Shown: positions 17,098 through 26,770, counted from the first letter of the stretch. The stretch is 64,000 bases of DNA from an uncultured bacterium (GCA_964599375.1 CAZREW010000006.1:28285-92284); one strand, 5' to 3'. Program-made: numbers and translations. The notes: generated by a model not told the origin, from the sequence alone.

Positions 17098-19785
17098 ATG
17101 AAAAAGAACGTGTTCTCCGAATCACGCATCGTCCACAGGATCTTCCTCCTGCTCATCGTGTTCGCCGTCGCCGCCGCGGTACTCATCCCCGAGTCGTCGC
17201 CTTTCGCGAAGAACCCTTACAGGAGGGAGTTCTTCAGCCAGCACCCCGAGGCTGTAGGAACGGCGATAGACGACGTGCCGAGCAATCCGGGCCACTGCGG
17301 CGTATGCCACTTCGACTTCAGCGGATCGGCTGCACGGAATCCTTACGGCCTCTCGGTAGAGGTCGGGTTGAACAACGGACTGACGATAGCCCAGGCGATA
17401 GCCGCGGTTGAATATAATGACGCCGACGGCGATAATTACACAAATCACACTGAAGCGACCGATATCGCGGGATTCTCGAACACCTCGACATTCCCGGGCC
17501 TGAATATCAATAACTATACCCTGGCGGTCAACGTCGACCTCGCCGACATAGTCGGATATCTCACGCCGACCGGCGCAACCGACACGATCCCGCCTTCGGT
17601 GGCCGTGAACGACCCGATGGGCGGAGAGGTCCTCCAGGCCGGCACATACTATTCCGTACTGTACGACGCGAACGACAATACGGGCGTGGACCATGTGAAC
17701 ATCTACCTTTCCGACGACAGCGGCGCTGAATGGTTCAAGACTGTCGCGAAAAACGAGACTCCGGGCACGGGATTCTCCTGGTTCGTCCCGAACTTCCCCG
17801 GAGATTTCAACAGGATAAGGGTCGAGGCCGTAGACATCGCCGCCAATAAGGGCAGCGGCGAAAGCATGGGCGATTTCACGATACTATCCACACCCCCGGG
17901 CTACGTCCCCTCGTCGCTGAGGGACATGGAGCTCCCCGGCACACAGCCTCACGAAGGAGCCATCCTCGACGATCCCGACGTTTCGTGCGCGACCTGCCAC
18001 GGTAACTACGACTCGAACGCCGAACCTTGGTACAACTGGCGAGGCTCGATGATGGCACAGGCGCAGAGGGACCCCATCTTTCTCGCGTGCGTCACCGTAG
18101 CCGAGCAGGACGCGCCTTCCGTAGGAGACATCTGCATAAGGTGCCACTCCCCGGGCGGCTGGCAGGAGGGCCGCTCGATCGACACCAGCGGCGAGATGAT
18201 CAACTCCAAGGACAGGCACTCGGTCCAGTGCGATTTCTGCCACAGGGTGGTCGACTTTAACTACGTCGCCGGGGTGAGCCCGGCGGTCGACGCCGAGGTA
18301 CTCGCGGATATCGACCCGCTTCCGCTCGCTTTCGCGAACGGGCAGTTCATAAACGATCCTTCGCCGCTCAAGCGCGGCCCTTATGCCGACGCCGAAGCGA
18401 GCCACCAGTTCGTCGAGTCTCCGATCCACAGGTCGTCGGAGATGTGCGGCATTTGCCACGACGTGAGCAACCCGGTGTTTCTCCACGTATCGACGGCCGA
18501 TTACGTACCCAGCGACTTCGACGCGGAACATCCCGACATGGACCTCAGGAACATGTTCCCCATAGAGCGCACTTACAGCGAGTGGACTCAGAGCGAATAC
18601 GCGTCGACCGGCGTATACGCCCCTCAGTTCGCCGGGAACAAGGCGGACGGGATCGTCTCATCCTGCCAGGACTGCCACATGAGGGACGTCAATGGCAAAG
18701 GCGCCAACGCCATCGGAGTCAACGACAGGGCGGATCTCGGGCTGCATGATTTCACCGGCGGCAACACGTTCATGCCTTCGACTATTGCGGACAAGTTCCC
18801 CGACGAGGTCAGCCTCGCCCAGCTGCAGGATGCGGAGGCCCGTGCAAGATACATGCTCCAGAACGCGGCTTCAATGACGGTGACTCCCGAAGATTTCGGC
18901 ATAACGGTCAGGGTCACGAACGAGACTGCGCACAAGCTCCCTTCAGGATATCCTGAGGGCCGCAGGATCTGGCTCAACGTCGTCGCTCTCGACGCGGCCG
19001 GCACCCCGATCTACGAGTCGTGCGCCTACGACAACGAGACGGCCGATCTATCGCACGACTCGCAGGCGAAGATATACGAGATCAAACCGGGCCTGAGCCC
19101 CGGTCTGGCTGACGCCCTTGGCCTGCCGGCCGGCAAGTCGTTCCACTTCGTCCTGAACGACACCATTTACGCTGACAACAGGATCCCGCCGAGGGGGTTC
19201 ACGAACGCCGGGTTCGAAAGCATCCAGTCGCCGGCGGTCGCGCATATATACGAGGATGGCCAGTACTGGGACGACACCCCATACTTGCTCCCGGTCGAGT
19301 CCGACTCGGTCATAGTCACTCTCTACTACCAGACGACATCGAAGGAATACACGGAGTTCCTGCGTGACGAGAACGAGACCAACTCCTCCGGGCAGGATTT
19401 CTACGATTCTTGGGTGGCGCACGGAAAGTCGGCTCCGGAGATCATGGTCCGCGTAAGGGCCGCGGTCAATGTGACGGTGACCGACGACGAGGTCGCCGGA
19501 ACGCCGCTGATCTACAACCTCGAGCAGAACTTCCCCAACCCGTTCAATCCGGCGACAAGGATCGATTACTCGATCGCGGAAAAGGCTCATGTCTTCATCG
19601 CCGCCTACGACGTTGCAGGAAGGCGGGTCAGCGTGATCGTAGACGCCGAGCAGGAACCTTCGCGCTACTCGGTGACATGGAACGGCACCGGCGACGACGG
19701 ACGCGCTCTATCCTCGGGTATTTATTTCATAAGATACCGTGCGGGTGGGTACACGTTCACAAGGAAGGCGGTGCTTCTGAGATAA
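17098..19785 (+). CDS. Multiheme c-type cytochrome (six CxxCH) with C-terminal T9SS (Por) sorting domain
   Basis: Signal peptide. CxxCH at CGVCH, CATCH, CIRCH, CDFCH, CGICH, CQDCH. C-terminus QNFPNPFNPATRIDYSI...GIYFIRYRAGGYTFTRKAVLLR matches the T9SS type-A CTD. Confidence 0.8.
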   Translation: MKKNVFSESRIVHRIFLLLIVFAVAAAVLIPESSPFAKNPYRREFFSQHPEAVGTAIDDVPSNPGHCGVCHFDFSGSAARNPYGLSVEVGLNNGLTIAQAIAAVEYNDADGDNYTNHTEATDIAGFSNTSTFPGLNINNYTLAVNVDLADIVGYLTPTGATDTIPPSVAVNDPMGGEVLQAGTYYSVLYDANDNTGVDHVNIYLSDDSGAEWFKTVAKNETPGTGFSWFVPNFPGDFNRIRVEAVDIAANKGSGESMGDFTILSTPPGYVPSSLRDMELPGTQPHEGAILDDPDVSCATCHGNYDSNAEPWYNWRGSMMAQAQRDPIFLACVTVAEQDAPSVGDICIRCHSPGGWQEGRSIDTSGEMINSKDRHSVQCDFCHRVVDFNYVAGVSPAVDAEVLADIDPLPLAFANGQFINDPSPLKRGPYADAEASHQFVESPIHRSSEMCGICHDVSNPVFLHVSTADYVPSDFDAEHPDMDLRNMFPIERTYSEWTQSEYASTGVYAPQFAGNKADGIVSSCQDCHMRDVNGKGANAIGVNDRADLGLHDFTGGNTFMPSTIADKFPDEVSLAQLQDAEARARYMLQNAASMTVTPEDFGITVRVTNETAHKLPSGYPEGRRIWLNVVALDAAGTPIYESCAYDNETADLSHDSQAKIYEIKPGLSPGLADALGLPAGKSFHFVLNDTIYADNRIPPRGFTNAGFESIQSPAVAHIYEDGQYWDDTPYLLPVESDSVIVTLYYQTTSKEYTEFLRDENETNSSGQDFYDSWVAHGKSAPEIMVRVRAAVNVTVTDDEVAGTPLIYNLEQNFPNPFNPATRIDYSIAEKAHVFIAAYDVAGRRVSVIVDAEQEPSRYSVTWNGTGDDGRALSSGIYFIRYRAGGYTFTRKAVLLR

Positions 19786-21235
19786 CCGTCTTTACAGGAT
19801 CCCGATGCCGGTCGGGATCGATATTCATCCTCTTGAGCTTCTTGAGAAGGCCCTGGCGGGTTATCCCCAGGGCCTTCGCAGTGCGGGTTCTGTTTCCCCC
19901 GAAACCCTCCAGCGCATCCACGATCATCCTTCTCTCGAGCCGCATCACGGCCTCGGGCATCGTACCCGCTTCCAGACCGGAATCCGTTACGGGAAGGATG
20001 CTCCCGCGCCCTTCCGGGATCCCCAGCATCGAGGCGGTGATCCTCACGGAGCCCGGGTTCATCGTCAAAACCCTCTCGATCTCGTTTCTCAGCTCTCGGA
20101 CGTTGCCCGGCCAGCGATAGCCGATGAGCCTGGACAGGGCTCCAGCGGTCATCGAGACGGGACGGCCGCTGAGCTGGAGCGAAGACTCGCGAAGGAACCG
20201 CGCCGTCAGGACCGGGACATCCTCGCTCCTCTCCCTGAGCGGCGGGATATGCAGCCTGACAGCACTGAGCCTGAAGTAGAGGTCCTCCCTGAATCTCCCC
20301 GCCCGGACAAGCCCCTCGAGGTCGCGGTTAGTGGCGAACACAAACCGCACATCGACCTTTCTGCTCCGCCCTTCGCCGAGCCTGCGTATCTCTCTCTCCT
20401 GAAGCACACGGAGCAGCGCCGCCTGAAGATGGACGGGAAGCTCCCCGATCTCGTCGAGGAAGAACGTCCCGCCGCCGGCCGCCTCGATCAGCCCCTCGCG
20501 GTCGCGGTCGGCCCCTGTGTAGGCTCCCCTGGCGCTTCCGAACAGCTCGCCCTGGAGAAGGCCCGCCGGCATCTCGAGGCAGTTGACCGCTATGAACGGC
20601 CCGGCGCGCCTCGGCCCGAGCGAATGGATGTTCCTTGCGACAAGCTCCTTGCCCGTCCCGCTTTCCCCGCATATGAGGACATGGATCCTGCCGGCGGCGA
20701 CCTTCCGGATGTCCTCCCTGAGAGAGACGATCGAAGGGGATATCCCGGCGATCGGCGGATCGAAGGGGCGGCCCCCTCCGGCCGCCGCCCCACATCCGCC
20801 GTGACCGGGCGCCAGAACATCGGCCAGCGGGAGAAGATGCTCGAGAAGCCCGAGCAGCTCACCAGCGGCAGAGATCCTTCTCGGAAGGAAGGACGGCGTC
20901 ATCTCGTTGAGCTCGAGGTCGAGAGAGACGGACATGCCTGCGAGCCTGCGCTCGAGGCGCCACTCGTTCCCGTATCCGCTCCCGTCCATCCGCCACACGC
21001 CGAACCCCCCCGCGGTCGATGCCGATTCCCTCAGGGCAAGTTCGGCGCTCTGGTCGGCGGGTACTCCACCGCATATCTCCAGGCCCGGCCCTCCCGGACC
21101 GGGTTCTCCCAAATATAATCGCAGGCGGGCCGCCGAGGCGCCGCACGCGCTGCAGAGAAGCCCCAGGCATTCCTTTATCGCCTTCCTCACCAGGTACTCT
21201 CCCGTCTCTGCTTCTGGTCCCCGCCGACACTTCAC
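19757..21235 (-). CDS. Sigma-54-dependent transcriptional activator (EBP) with N-terminal sensory domain and Fis-type HTH
   Basis: GESGTGKE Walker A, GAYTGA variant of the GAFTGA loop, ESELFGxxxG-type region, RFREDLYFRL, C-terminal HTH. The true start is uncertain (GTG at 21235; internal ATGs possible). Confidence 0.8.
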   Translation of the reverse strand: MKCRRGPEAETGEYLVRKAIKECLGLLCSACGASAARLRLYLGEPGPGGPGLEICGGVPADQSAELALRESASTAGGFGVWRMDGSGYGNEWRLERRLAGMSVSLDLELNEMTPSFLPRRISAAGELLGLLEHLLPLADVLAPGHGGCGAAAGGGRPFDPPIAGISPSIVSLREDIRKVAAGRIHVLICGESGTGKELVARNIHSLGPRRAGPFIAVNCLEMPAGLLQGELFGSARGAYTGADRDREGLIEAAGGGTFFLDEIGELPVHLQAALLRVLQEREIRRLGEGRSRKVDVRFVFATNRDLEGLVRAGRFREDLYFRLSAVRLHIPPLRERSEDVPVLTARFLRESSLQLSGRPVSMTAGALSRLIGYRWPGNVRELRNEIERVLTMNPGSVRITASMLGIPEGRGSILPVTDSGLEAGTMPEAVMRLERRMIVDALEGFGGNRTRTAKALGITRQGLLKKLKRMNIDPDRHRDPVKTVISEAPPSL

Positions 21236-21464
21236 AAGGCAATCCCCGTACCGGCACAGAGAGAGATCGAAAACGCGTTGCGGCAGAGAAAGTTATCCTG
21301 AAACTTCGGCCCGGCCACTGCCGGAATGCCGTCGACTTCTCGACAGTATGAATTCCTTGACTTTGCCAGGAGCCTGTGAATACCATGCCTTGACCCGGAT
21401 AACCGGGTGTCAAATATCTGACTAGGTGGTATTGACCCGTTTCCCGACCTGGAAGGAGGACTGT

Positions 21465-23450
21465 ATGGCCGATGAGTTCAAACCATATGTGTCCGCCGAG
21501 ACAAAGATGAAGGAGTTCACGCTGCCGGCTATCATATTCGGCGCGATACTCTCAGTCATCCTAGGAGCGGCGAACGCCTACCTCGGCCTCGTGGCGGGCA
21601 TGACGGTGGCGGCAACGTTCCCGGCAGCGGTCATGGCCATGGCGGTGCTCAAGCCGCTCAAAGGCACGATCCTCGAGGAGAACACATGCCGTACCACGGC
21701 CGCGGTCGGCGAGGCCGTAGTCGCCGGCGCGATCTTCACGATCCCGGCGTTCCTGATCGCCAAGAACCCCGCGACGGGAGAGCCTATCTGGGAAAACATC
21801 CACTACTGGGAAAGCACTTTCCTGATGCTGGTCGGCGGCATCCTCGGCGTGTTCTTCGTGATCTTCCTAAGGCGGGTGCTGATCGACGACAAGTCGCTCC
21901 CCTTCCCCGAGAGCGTCGCCTGCTCGGAGATCGTCAAGGCGGGCCAGGGAGGGGCGACAGGCGCCAAGTATGTCTTCGGGATGATCGGCGTCGCCGCGCT
22001 TCTCGAGCTCCTGAAGAACAGCTTCGGCCTCCTCATGATCAAGGGATACATCAGGCACTTCTGGGTCCTGCCGACCGTGAAGAACTTCAGGCTGATGACA
22101 AGCGATCTGAAGGCGATCACAGCCGGTTCCAACCCGACCGGGGGGATCTTCGTCGAGTCGCCCGAGGCCTCTCCCGCGATGCTCGGCGTCGGCTACATCA
22201 TCGGCCCGAAGCTCGCCGCGATAGTCTTCGCGGGCGGTGTGTTCGGCCACATGATGATGACGCCGCTGTTCATCTTCATTGCCGGGACATTCGGGCCCGG
22301 CACCGACTGGATGGAGACCACCGGCGCTGTCTGGAACTCGCAGGTCCGCCCGCTCGCGGTCGGCGCGATGCTCGTAGGCGCGTTCTACACCCTGTTCAGG
22401 ATGCGCAAGTCACTCGGAACGGGGATGTCGAGGGCGTTCAAGGACCTCAAACAGATCGGCAAGGTCAAGGAAGGCGCCGAGACGAGCCGTATCGAGAGGG
22501 ACGTCCCCTACTCGATCACGATCATCGGCATCATCGCCCTGGTCATACCGATCTTCTTCCTCTACTGGTACTTCAGCGGCAGCATCATCGGGGCGGCCGT
22601 CTCGGCGATCGTCATGACGGTCGCGGGATTCCTCTTCGCCGCCGTAGCCGGCTTCCTTGTAGGGACGATCGGCTCGAGCAACAATCCGATCTCGGGTCTG
22701 ACGCTTTCGACCCTTATCGTGGCGGCGATACTGATGGTCGCCGTGGGGGTCAAAGGAGCCTTCGGCGTCGCCGCTGTGCTCGGAGTGGCGGCCGTGGTCT
22801 GCTGTTCGAGCGGCGTGGCCGGGGACATCATCCAGGACCTCAAGGCCGGGCACATCCTCGGCGGTACTCCACGGGCGATGGAGCTAGGCTGCATCATCGG
22901 GGTAGTGGCGGCGGCGTTCGTAATGGCGCTTGTCCTCCAGCTCCTCCACACCGGGTACGCTTCGACGGGGGGCATCGGCGGGACCGACCTTCCCGCGCCG
23001 CAGGCCGGACTGATGGCGATGCTCGCACAGGGCATCATCACCGGGCAGATGGCCTGGCCGCTCGTGATCATGGGGGCTATTTTCGCGGTCGCCCTCATCC
23101 TGATCGGCGCTCCTTCGCCGATGCTGATCGCGGTCGGCATGTACCTGCCGTTCCACACCACTTCGGCCATCTTCATCGGCGGGATCATCAAGTGGTTCGC
23201 CGACGGATACATCAAGAAGCGCAAACTCAACAAGGAGAAGGCGGACAACACCGGGATCCTCCTCGCCTCCGGCCTTATAGCGGGCCAGGCCCTGATGGGC
23301 ATCCTCATCGCCGCGACGGTCGTCGCCGGCGGCGGCGAGGGCATACTGCCGGCGATCATCAAGGGCGGCAACCCCTGGCTGGCGCTTATCGTCTTCGCCC
23401 TTCTCGCGTGGATCCTGATAAGGATCCCCGCCAAGAGCGCGTCAGAGTAA
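21465..23450 (+). CDS. OPT-family oligopeptide transporter
   Basis: ~16 TM helices. N-terminal region MADEFKPYVSAETKMKEFTLPAIIFGAILSVILGAANAYLGL is typical of the OPT superfamily. GGAAGGAGGA RBS before ATG 21465. Confidence 0.8.
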   Translation: MADEFKPYVSAETKMKEFTLPAIIFGAILSVILGAANAYLGLVAGMTVAATFPAAVMAMAVLKPLKGTILEENTCRTTAAVGEAVVAGAIFTIPAFLIAKNPATGEPIWENIHYWESTFLMLVGGILGVFFVIFLRRVLIDDKSLPFPESVACSEIVKAGQGGATGAKYVFGMIGVAALLELLKNSFGLLMIKGYIRHFWVLPTVKNFRLMTSDLKAITAGSNPTGGIFVESPEASPAMLGVGYIIGPKLAAIVFAGGVFGHMMMTPLFIFIAGTFGPGTDWMETTGAVWNSQVRPLAVGAMLVGAFYTLFRMRKSLGTGMSRAFKDLKQIGKVKEGAETSRIERDVPYSITIIGIIALVIPIFFLYWYFSGSIIGAAVSAIVMTVAGFLFAAVAGFLVGTIGSSNNPISGLTLSTLIVAAILMVAVGVKGAFGVAAVLGVAAVVCCSSGVAGDIIQDLKAGHILGGTPRAMELGCIIGVVAAAFVMALVLQLLHTGYASTGGIGGTDLPAPQAGLMAMLAQGIITGQMAWPLVIMGAIFAVALILIGAPSPMLIAVGMYLPFHTTSAIFIGGIIKWFADGYIKKRKLNKEKADNTGILLASGLIAGQALMGILIAATVVAGGGEGILPAIIKGGNPWLALIVFALLAWILIRIPAKSASE

Positions 23451-23467
23451 GACTAGAGTCGTTCAAT

Positions 23468-23504
23468 GACCCCGGGGCCTCCCGGCTCCGGGGTCTTCTT
23501 TTCT
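23468..23504 (+). terminator. Intrinsic terminator after the OPT transporter gene
   Basis: GACCCCGG...CCGGGGTC 8-bp stem followed by TTCTTTTCT. It overlaps the ORF-track ATG at 23466, so that start is rejected. Confidence 0.6.
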
Positions 23505-23525
23505 ACAGACGGGACAATCAGCACG

Positions 23526-23918
23526 ATGTTAGGAAGAAAGAAAAAGACTCAGTCCCCGGAAGTGAACCTTCTCGAGCTGGTCCCTGAACGTACTGTCCAG
23601 TCCGAGATGTGCGAGGACGGAATCGTCACGGTCCTGGGACCGAGATTCAAGACTACCCTGATGAAAAAGCTGATCGGTTCGAGGCTGAAGAGCCCGTATT
23701 TCAGGATCAAGCTCGACGACGTAGGCTCGGCAGTCTGGGAAAACATCGACGGCAGACGGAATATCGGCGCTATCGCCGGGATCCTGAGGAACAGGTTCGG
23801 AGAGCGGATCGAGCCATGCAACGACCGCCTGGCGATGTTCTTCACGCAGCTGGAGATGTCCCGCTACATACGCTACAAGAACCTCGAAGAGGTCAAGGCA
23901 AGAGCGACCGGGGACTGA
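23526..23918 (+). CDS. PqqD-family (RiPP recognition element-like) small protein, orphan
   Basis: YFRIKLDDVGSAVWENIDGRRNIGAIAGILRNRFGERIEPCNDRLAMFFTQLEMSRYIRY fits the PqqD pattern (EDG...VWE.IDG.R....I...L...F.......D...F...L). Start taken at MLGRKKK, after the terminator. Confidence 0.55.
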   Translation: MLGRKKKTQSPEVNLLELVPERTVQSEMCEDGIVTVLGPRFKTTLMKKLIGSRLKSPYFRIKLDDVGSAVWENIDGRRNIGAIAGILRNRFGERIEPCNDRLAMFFTQLEMSRYIRYKNLEEVKARATGD

Positions 23919-23982
23919 AGGCCCAGGGCTTCCACGGACGATCCATGCACATGATTTCTCTGGCCTTCCCGTGTCATGATTC

Positions 23983-23997
23983 TGGCACCATAAATGC
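23983..23997 (+). promoter_or_regulatory. Candidate sigma-54 promoter (TGGCAC-N5-ATGC; GG-N10-GC)
   Basis: Perfect -24 TGGCAC and a -12 TGC at the correct spacing, ~57 nt upstream of ATG 24054. Confidence 0.5.
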
Positions 23998-24053
23998 CAT
24001 TATACTGGATATCTTGCACCTTTCTCGCGGTAGATTGCGGGAGTTGAAAAGAA

Positions 24054-25874
24054 ATGAAACAGTACACTTGGGTTATCCTGTTGACAATAATCCTCTTGCC
24101 GGCGTGTGGCCGCGACACAGCACCCGTGCTCGCGCCATCCTTCCCACCGCAGGAGATATCTGCGGACAGCATACTCGTTGCACAATGCGGGCTTCTGGAA
24201 CAGGCTGTTGAAGTGTTCGCGGCGGTCGGCGATGGGGAATATCCGGAAAATATAGACATCGACACGCTCGATACCGGCGAATCGGTCCTCGACCTGATGC
24301 CGGACGGCGGCGTCTATGTCAATCCGTACACGGACAAGGAAACTGTTCCCGTAAACGGACAGGCGACTGGTCCCGGTGCGATCGCCTACGCCCCGATAGT
24401 CGTCGAAGAAACGATATACGGATACATGATCACTGGATTCGGAGAAGAATCGATAGAAGTTCAGCTCTCCAACCTCGCCTCTCCGGAGGAAGCGCTGGTC
24501 CTGGCCAACTGCAGGACGGCAGTCGAGATGCTGCGCGAGCAGCTTGAGGAGATCCTCGCTAATCCATATTCTGGCGATTACTCCAATCTTTACCCTCTCG
24601 ACGAGAAGAGCTGGGACAGGATGACTATCCTAAGCTCCTGGACCAAATACTACGGTAACACGTCTGACAACCCGTTCACCGGAGACGAGGAGCTCATCCT
24701 GAGGACCGCCGACAGTCCGGGCGAGACCGGATACGTATGTATCATGTCCGAAGGAAGAATATACGGGTATGTAGTCACAGGTCACGGGAAGGATTCGGTC
24801 ATCTTCGCCGAATCGAGCTTCGACTGCACGATTGAGGAGGCCGTGGTCATATCCAACTGCAGGACTCTCGAGAAGGCACTGGAAAGATTCGCCTGGAGAA
24901 ACGCCGGCCTGTATCCCTCCGACATCTACAACGACAGGAACGCCGACGGGAAGAGAGTCTTCGACTATCTCCACTCTTCTGCAGGCCTTCTCAACCCCTA
25001 TACCGGCCTGAGAACAGAGCCCTCAGCCAATACATCAGGCATGCCCGGCCAGGTCAGCTACGAAGCGATGGAGTATTTCGGCCTGAGGATGGGGTACCGG
25101 ATCAGGGGATTCGGAGAAGAGTCCCAGGTGCTGGAGCTCACCAATATCGGGACGGTCGAGGAGGCCACAATACGGTACAACTGCTACACCCTTATGGAAG
25201 CGGTCGAAGAATTCGCCGCTGATAACGGAGGAGTGTATCCTGAGGACCTGTTCGCAGACGAGGACATGTCGGGCGAGACGGTCGAGGACCTTCTCCCCCG
25301 CGGCAGGGCCCCCCTTAATCCTTATACCGGGGGAGATGACGGCCTGGTGAACCATACGGCCGTAAGGCCCGGCCAGACAGGATATGCCAGGATGACTGGA
25401 AGGTACTCATCATGGAACTCCGCGAGCGGGACAGAGACAGACAACTACGATCCGGTCTACGTCATCTCGGGCTTTTCCACGCATGGTCACGAGTTCATCA
25501 TATCCAGCGGACGGACCACGCCGGTGGAAGCGATCGTGATCTCTCATTGCAGGACGGTGCAGCTCGCCGTCGAGGAATTCGCCAGCCGAAACGGCGGGAT
25601 ATACCCAGGTAATACCGGCTGTGACTCCAGCTGGTACGGTGACACCGTGATCGACTTCCTACCGGGCCGGGCGCTCCTGGAGAATCCGACCACTGGAGCG
25701 GCCACCGAGCCGGTCGACGGCGCGGCGGCGACTTCAGGCCAGGTTGGGTTCATACCCGTCTGCCTGAACGGCATGAATGTCGGATACGTGATAACGGGAA
25801 CGGCCGAGGTATGCGGCCTCACTACTTGTACGATCTTCTCGGCACCTGATTCCGATCCTTATAAAGTTCGTTGA
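24054..25874 (+). CDS. Lipoprotein composed of five tandem ~110-aa pseudopilin (GspG/pilin-like) globular-domain repeats
   Basis: Signal peptide plus lipobox LLPACG. Five repeats each carrying xNCRTxxxAVEEFAxxNGGxYP ... NPYTG ... GY(V/M)ITG. This resembles the T2SS G / type IV pilin core (LExALDxYxxDNGxYP ... DPWGNPY) but lacks the N-terminal hydrophobic pilin helix. Confidence 0.7.
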   Translation: MKQYTWVILLTIILLPACGRDTAPVLAPSFPPQEISADSILVAQCGLLEQAVEVFAAVGDGEYPENIDIDTLDTGESVLDLMPDGGVYVNPYTDKETVPVNGQATGPGAIAYAPIVVEETIYGYMITGFGEESIEVQLSNLASPEEALVLANCRTAVEMLREQLEEILANPYSGDYSNLYPLDEKSWDRMTILSSWTKYYGNTSDNPFTGDEELILRTADSPGETGYVCIMSEGRIYGYVVTGHGKDSVIFAESSFDCTIEEAVVISNCRTLEKALERFAWRNAGLYPSDIYNDRNADGKRVFDYLHSSAGLLNPYTGLRTEPSANTSGMPGQVSYEAMEYFGLRMGYRIRGFGEESQVLELTNIGTVEEATIRYNCYTLMEAVEEFAADNGGVYPEDLFADEDMSGETVEDLLPRGRAPLNPYTGGDDGLVNHTAVRPGQTGYARMTGRYSSWNSASGTETDNYDPVYVISGFSTHGHEFIISSGRTTPVEAIVISHCRTVQLAVEEFASRNGGIYPGNTGCDSSWYGDTVIDFLPGRALLENPTTGAATEPVDGAAATSGQVGFIPVCLNGMNVGYVITGTAEVCGLTTCTIFSAPDSDPYKVR

Positions 25875-25903
25875 CAGCGGACTATCGATAGGGATGACAT
25901 GAA

Positions 25904-25940
25904 GAGAGGACCGGCCGATGCCGGTCCTCTCTTTCATTTC
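25904..25940 (+). terminator. Intrinsic terminator after the repeat lipoprotein gene
   Basis: GAGGACCGGC-CGAT-GCCGGTCCTC stem followed by TCTTTCATTTC. Confidence 0.55.
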
Positions 25941-25952
25941 GAAAGGATAGTC

Positions 25953-26177
25953 TCACATCGGCGGTGACTGCTTCTTCTCTTTCTTTGCCGTCGATATCTT
26001 CATCGGGATATAGAGCGGGCAGGTGCCCGCGAAACTGGTGAGCAGAAAGATTATCGCGATGATACCGAGGATGATCGCCGCAGTGCCGGAGATCTTCTGC
26101 GTGAAATAGAGGATCCCTATCACTATAGCCAGAAGGATCCTGACTATGCGGTCCGCTCCGCCCATGTTCTTCGTCAT
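25953..26177 (-). CDS. DUF2892 (YgaP-like) small membrane protein
   Basis: 74 aa, two TM helices, GTCPLY motif characteristic of DUF2892. Confidence 0.6.
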   Translation of the reverse strand: MTKNMGGADRIVRILLAIVIGILYFTQKISGTAAIILGIIAIIFLLTSFAGTCPLYIPMKISTAKKEKKQSPPM

Positions 26178-26245
26178 TTTCCACCTCCATTAAGGTATGA
26201 CGCCCCGGAAAATCCGGTTTTACGCATTATACCGAGCCCCTTATC

Positions 26246-26770
26246 CTACGGTCCGAGGACCTCGTATCCACTGACCTCTACAGCATCACCATCGCCCATT
26301 ATCCCCCAGATCCAGGCGCGATGGCCGCCGAAAGCCTCCAATGCCGCTGTCAGAGGCCCTGTCAGCATATACCCGATGTCTTCGGAATTCAACAGGATCG
26401 TTTCGCCGGATATCGAGATCCTTCCCATCACCACGACCATCCCTTCCGGGGGGACCAGTAAATAGCTTTCGACCCTGGCATCTCTCTCGCCACCCCTTCC
26501 CGGGACACCGGAGCAGGTAAGCACAACATCATATCCGTCGAGAAGGCTCAACTCTGCCTCCATCCCCCCGGGGTCGAGGTTCCACTTCACGCCCTGCGGA
26601 TCGGAGAGGACGATCACCCTGTCGAAAGGATGGTCGCCCTCGACCCTGATGGAGCCTTTTAGCTGAAACCGTTCTCCCGATGAAGTGGCGGGTGGAGTGG
26701 AGGCGCATGAGACCGTCGCCAGTAGGATCAGAGCTATCAGAATATCACTGGATCCTGATAAGAGCCGCAT
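26246..26770 (-). CDS. Hypothetical lipoprotein
   Basis: Signal peptide with lipobox ATVSCAS. No recognisable domain. Confidence 0.5.
   Translation of the reverse strand: MRLLSGSSDILIALILLATVSCASTPPATSSGERFQLKGSIRVEGDHPFDRVIVLSDPQGVKWNLDPGGMEAELSLLDGYDVVLTCSGVPGRGGERDARVESYLLVPPEGMVVVMGRISISGETILLNSEDIGYMLTGPLTAALEAFGGHRAWIWGIMGDGDAVEVSGYEVLGP

Noticed and set aside
19805-21118. 437-aa plus-strand ORF
   Set aside because: Antisense to the sigma-54 activator gene, which has clear AAA+ motifs. Arg/Pro-rich shadow ORF.
23466-23525. ORF-track ATG start of the PqqD-like gene at 23466
   Set aside because: The ATG lies inside the OPT gene's terminator hairpin (GACCCCGG...CCGGGGTC + T-run). The start was moved to ATG 23526.
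21686-23587. 633-aa plus-strand ORF overlapping the OPT transporter
   Set aside because: Alternative frame of the OPT gene. Translation is extreme Arg/Gly/Asp low-complexity, whereas the OPT frame gives a coherent 16-TM transporter.
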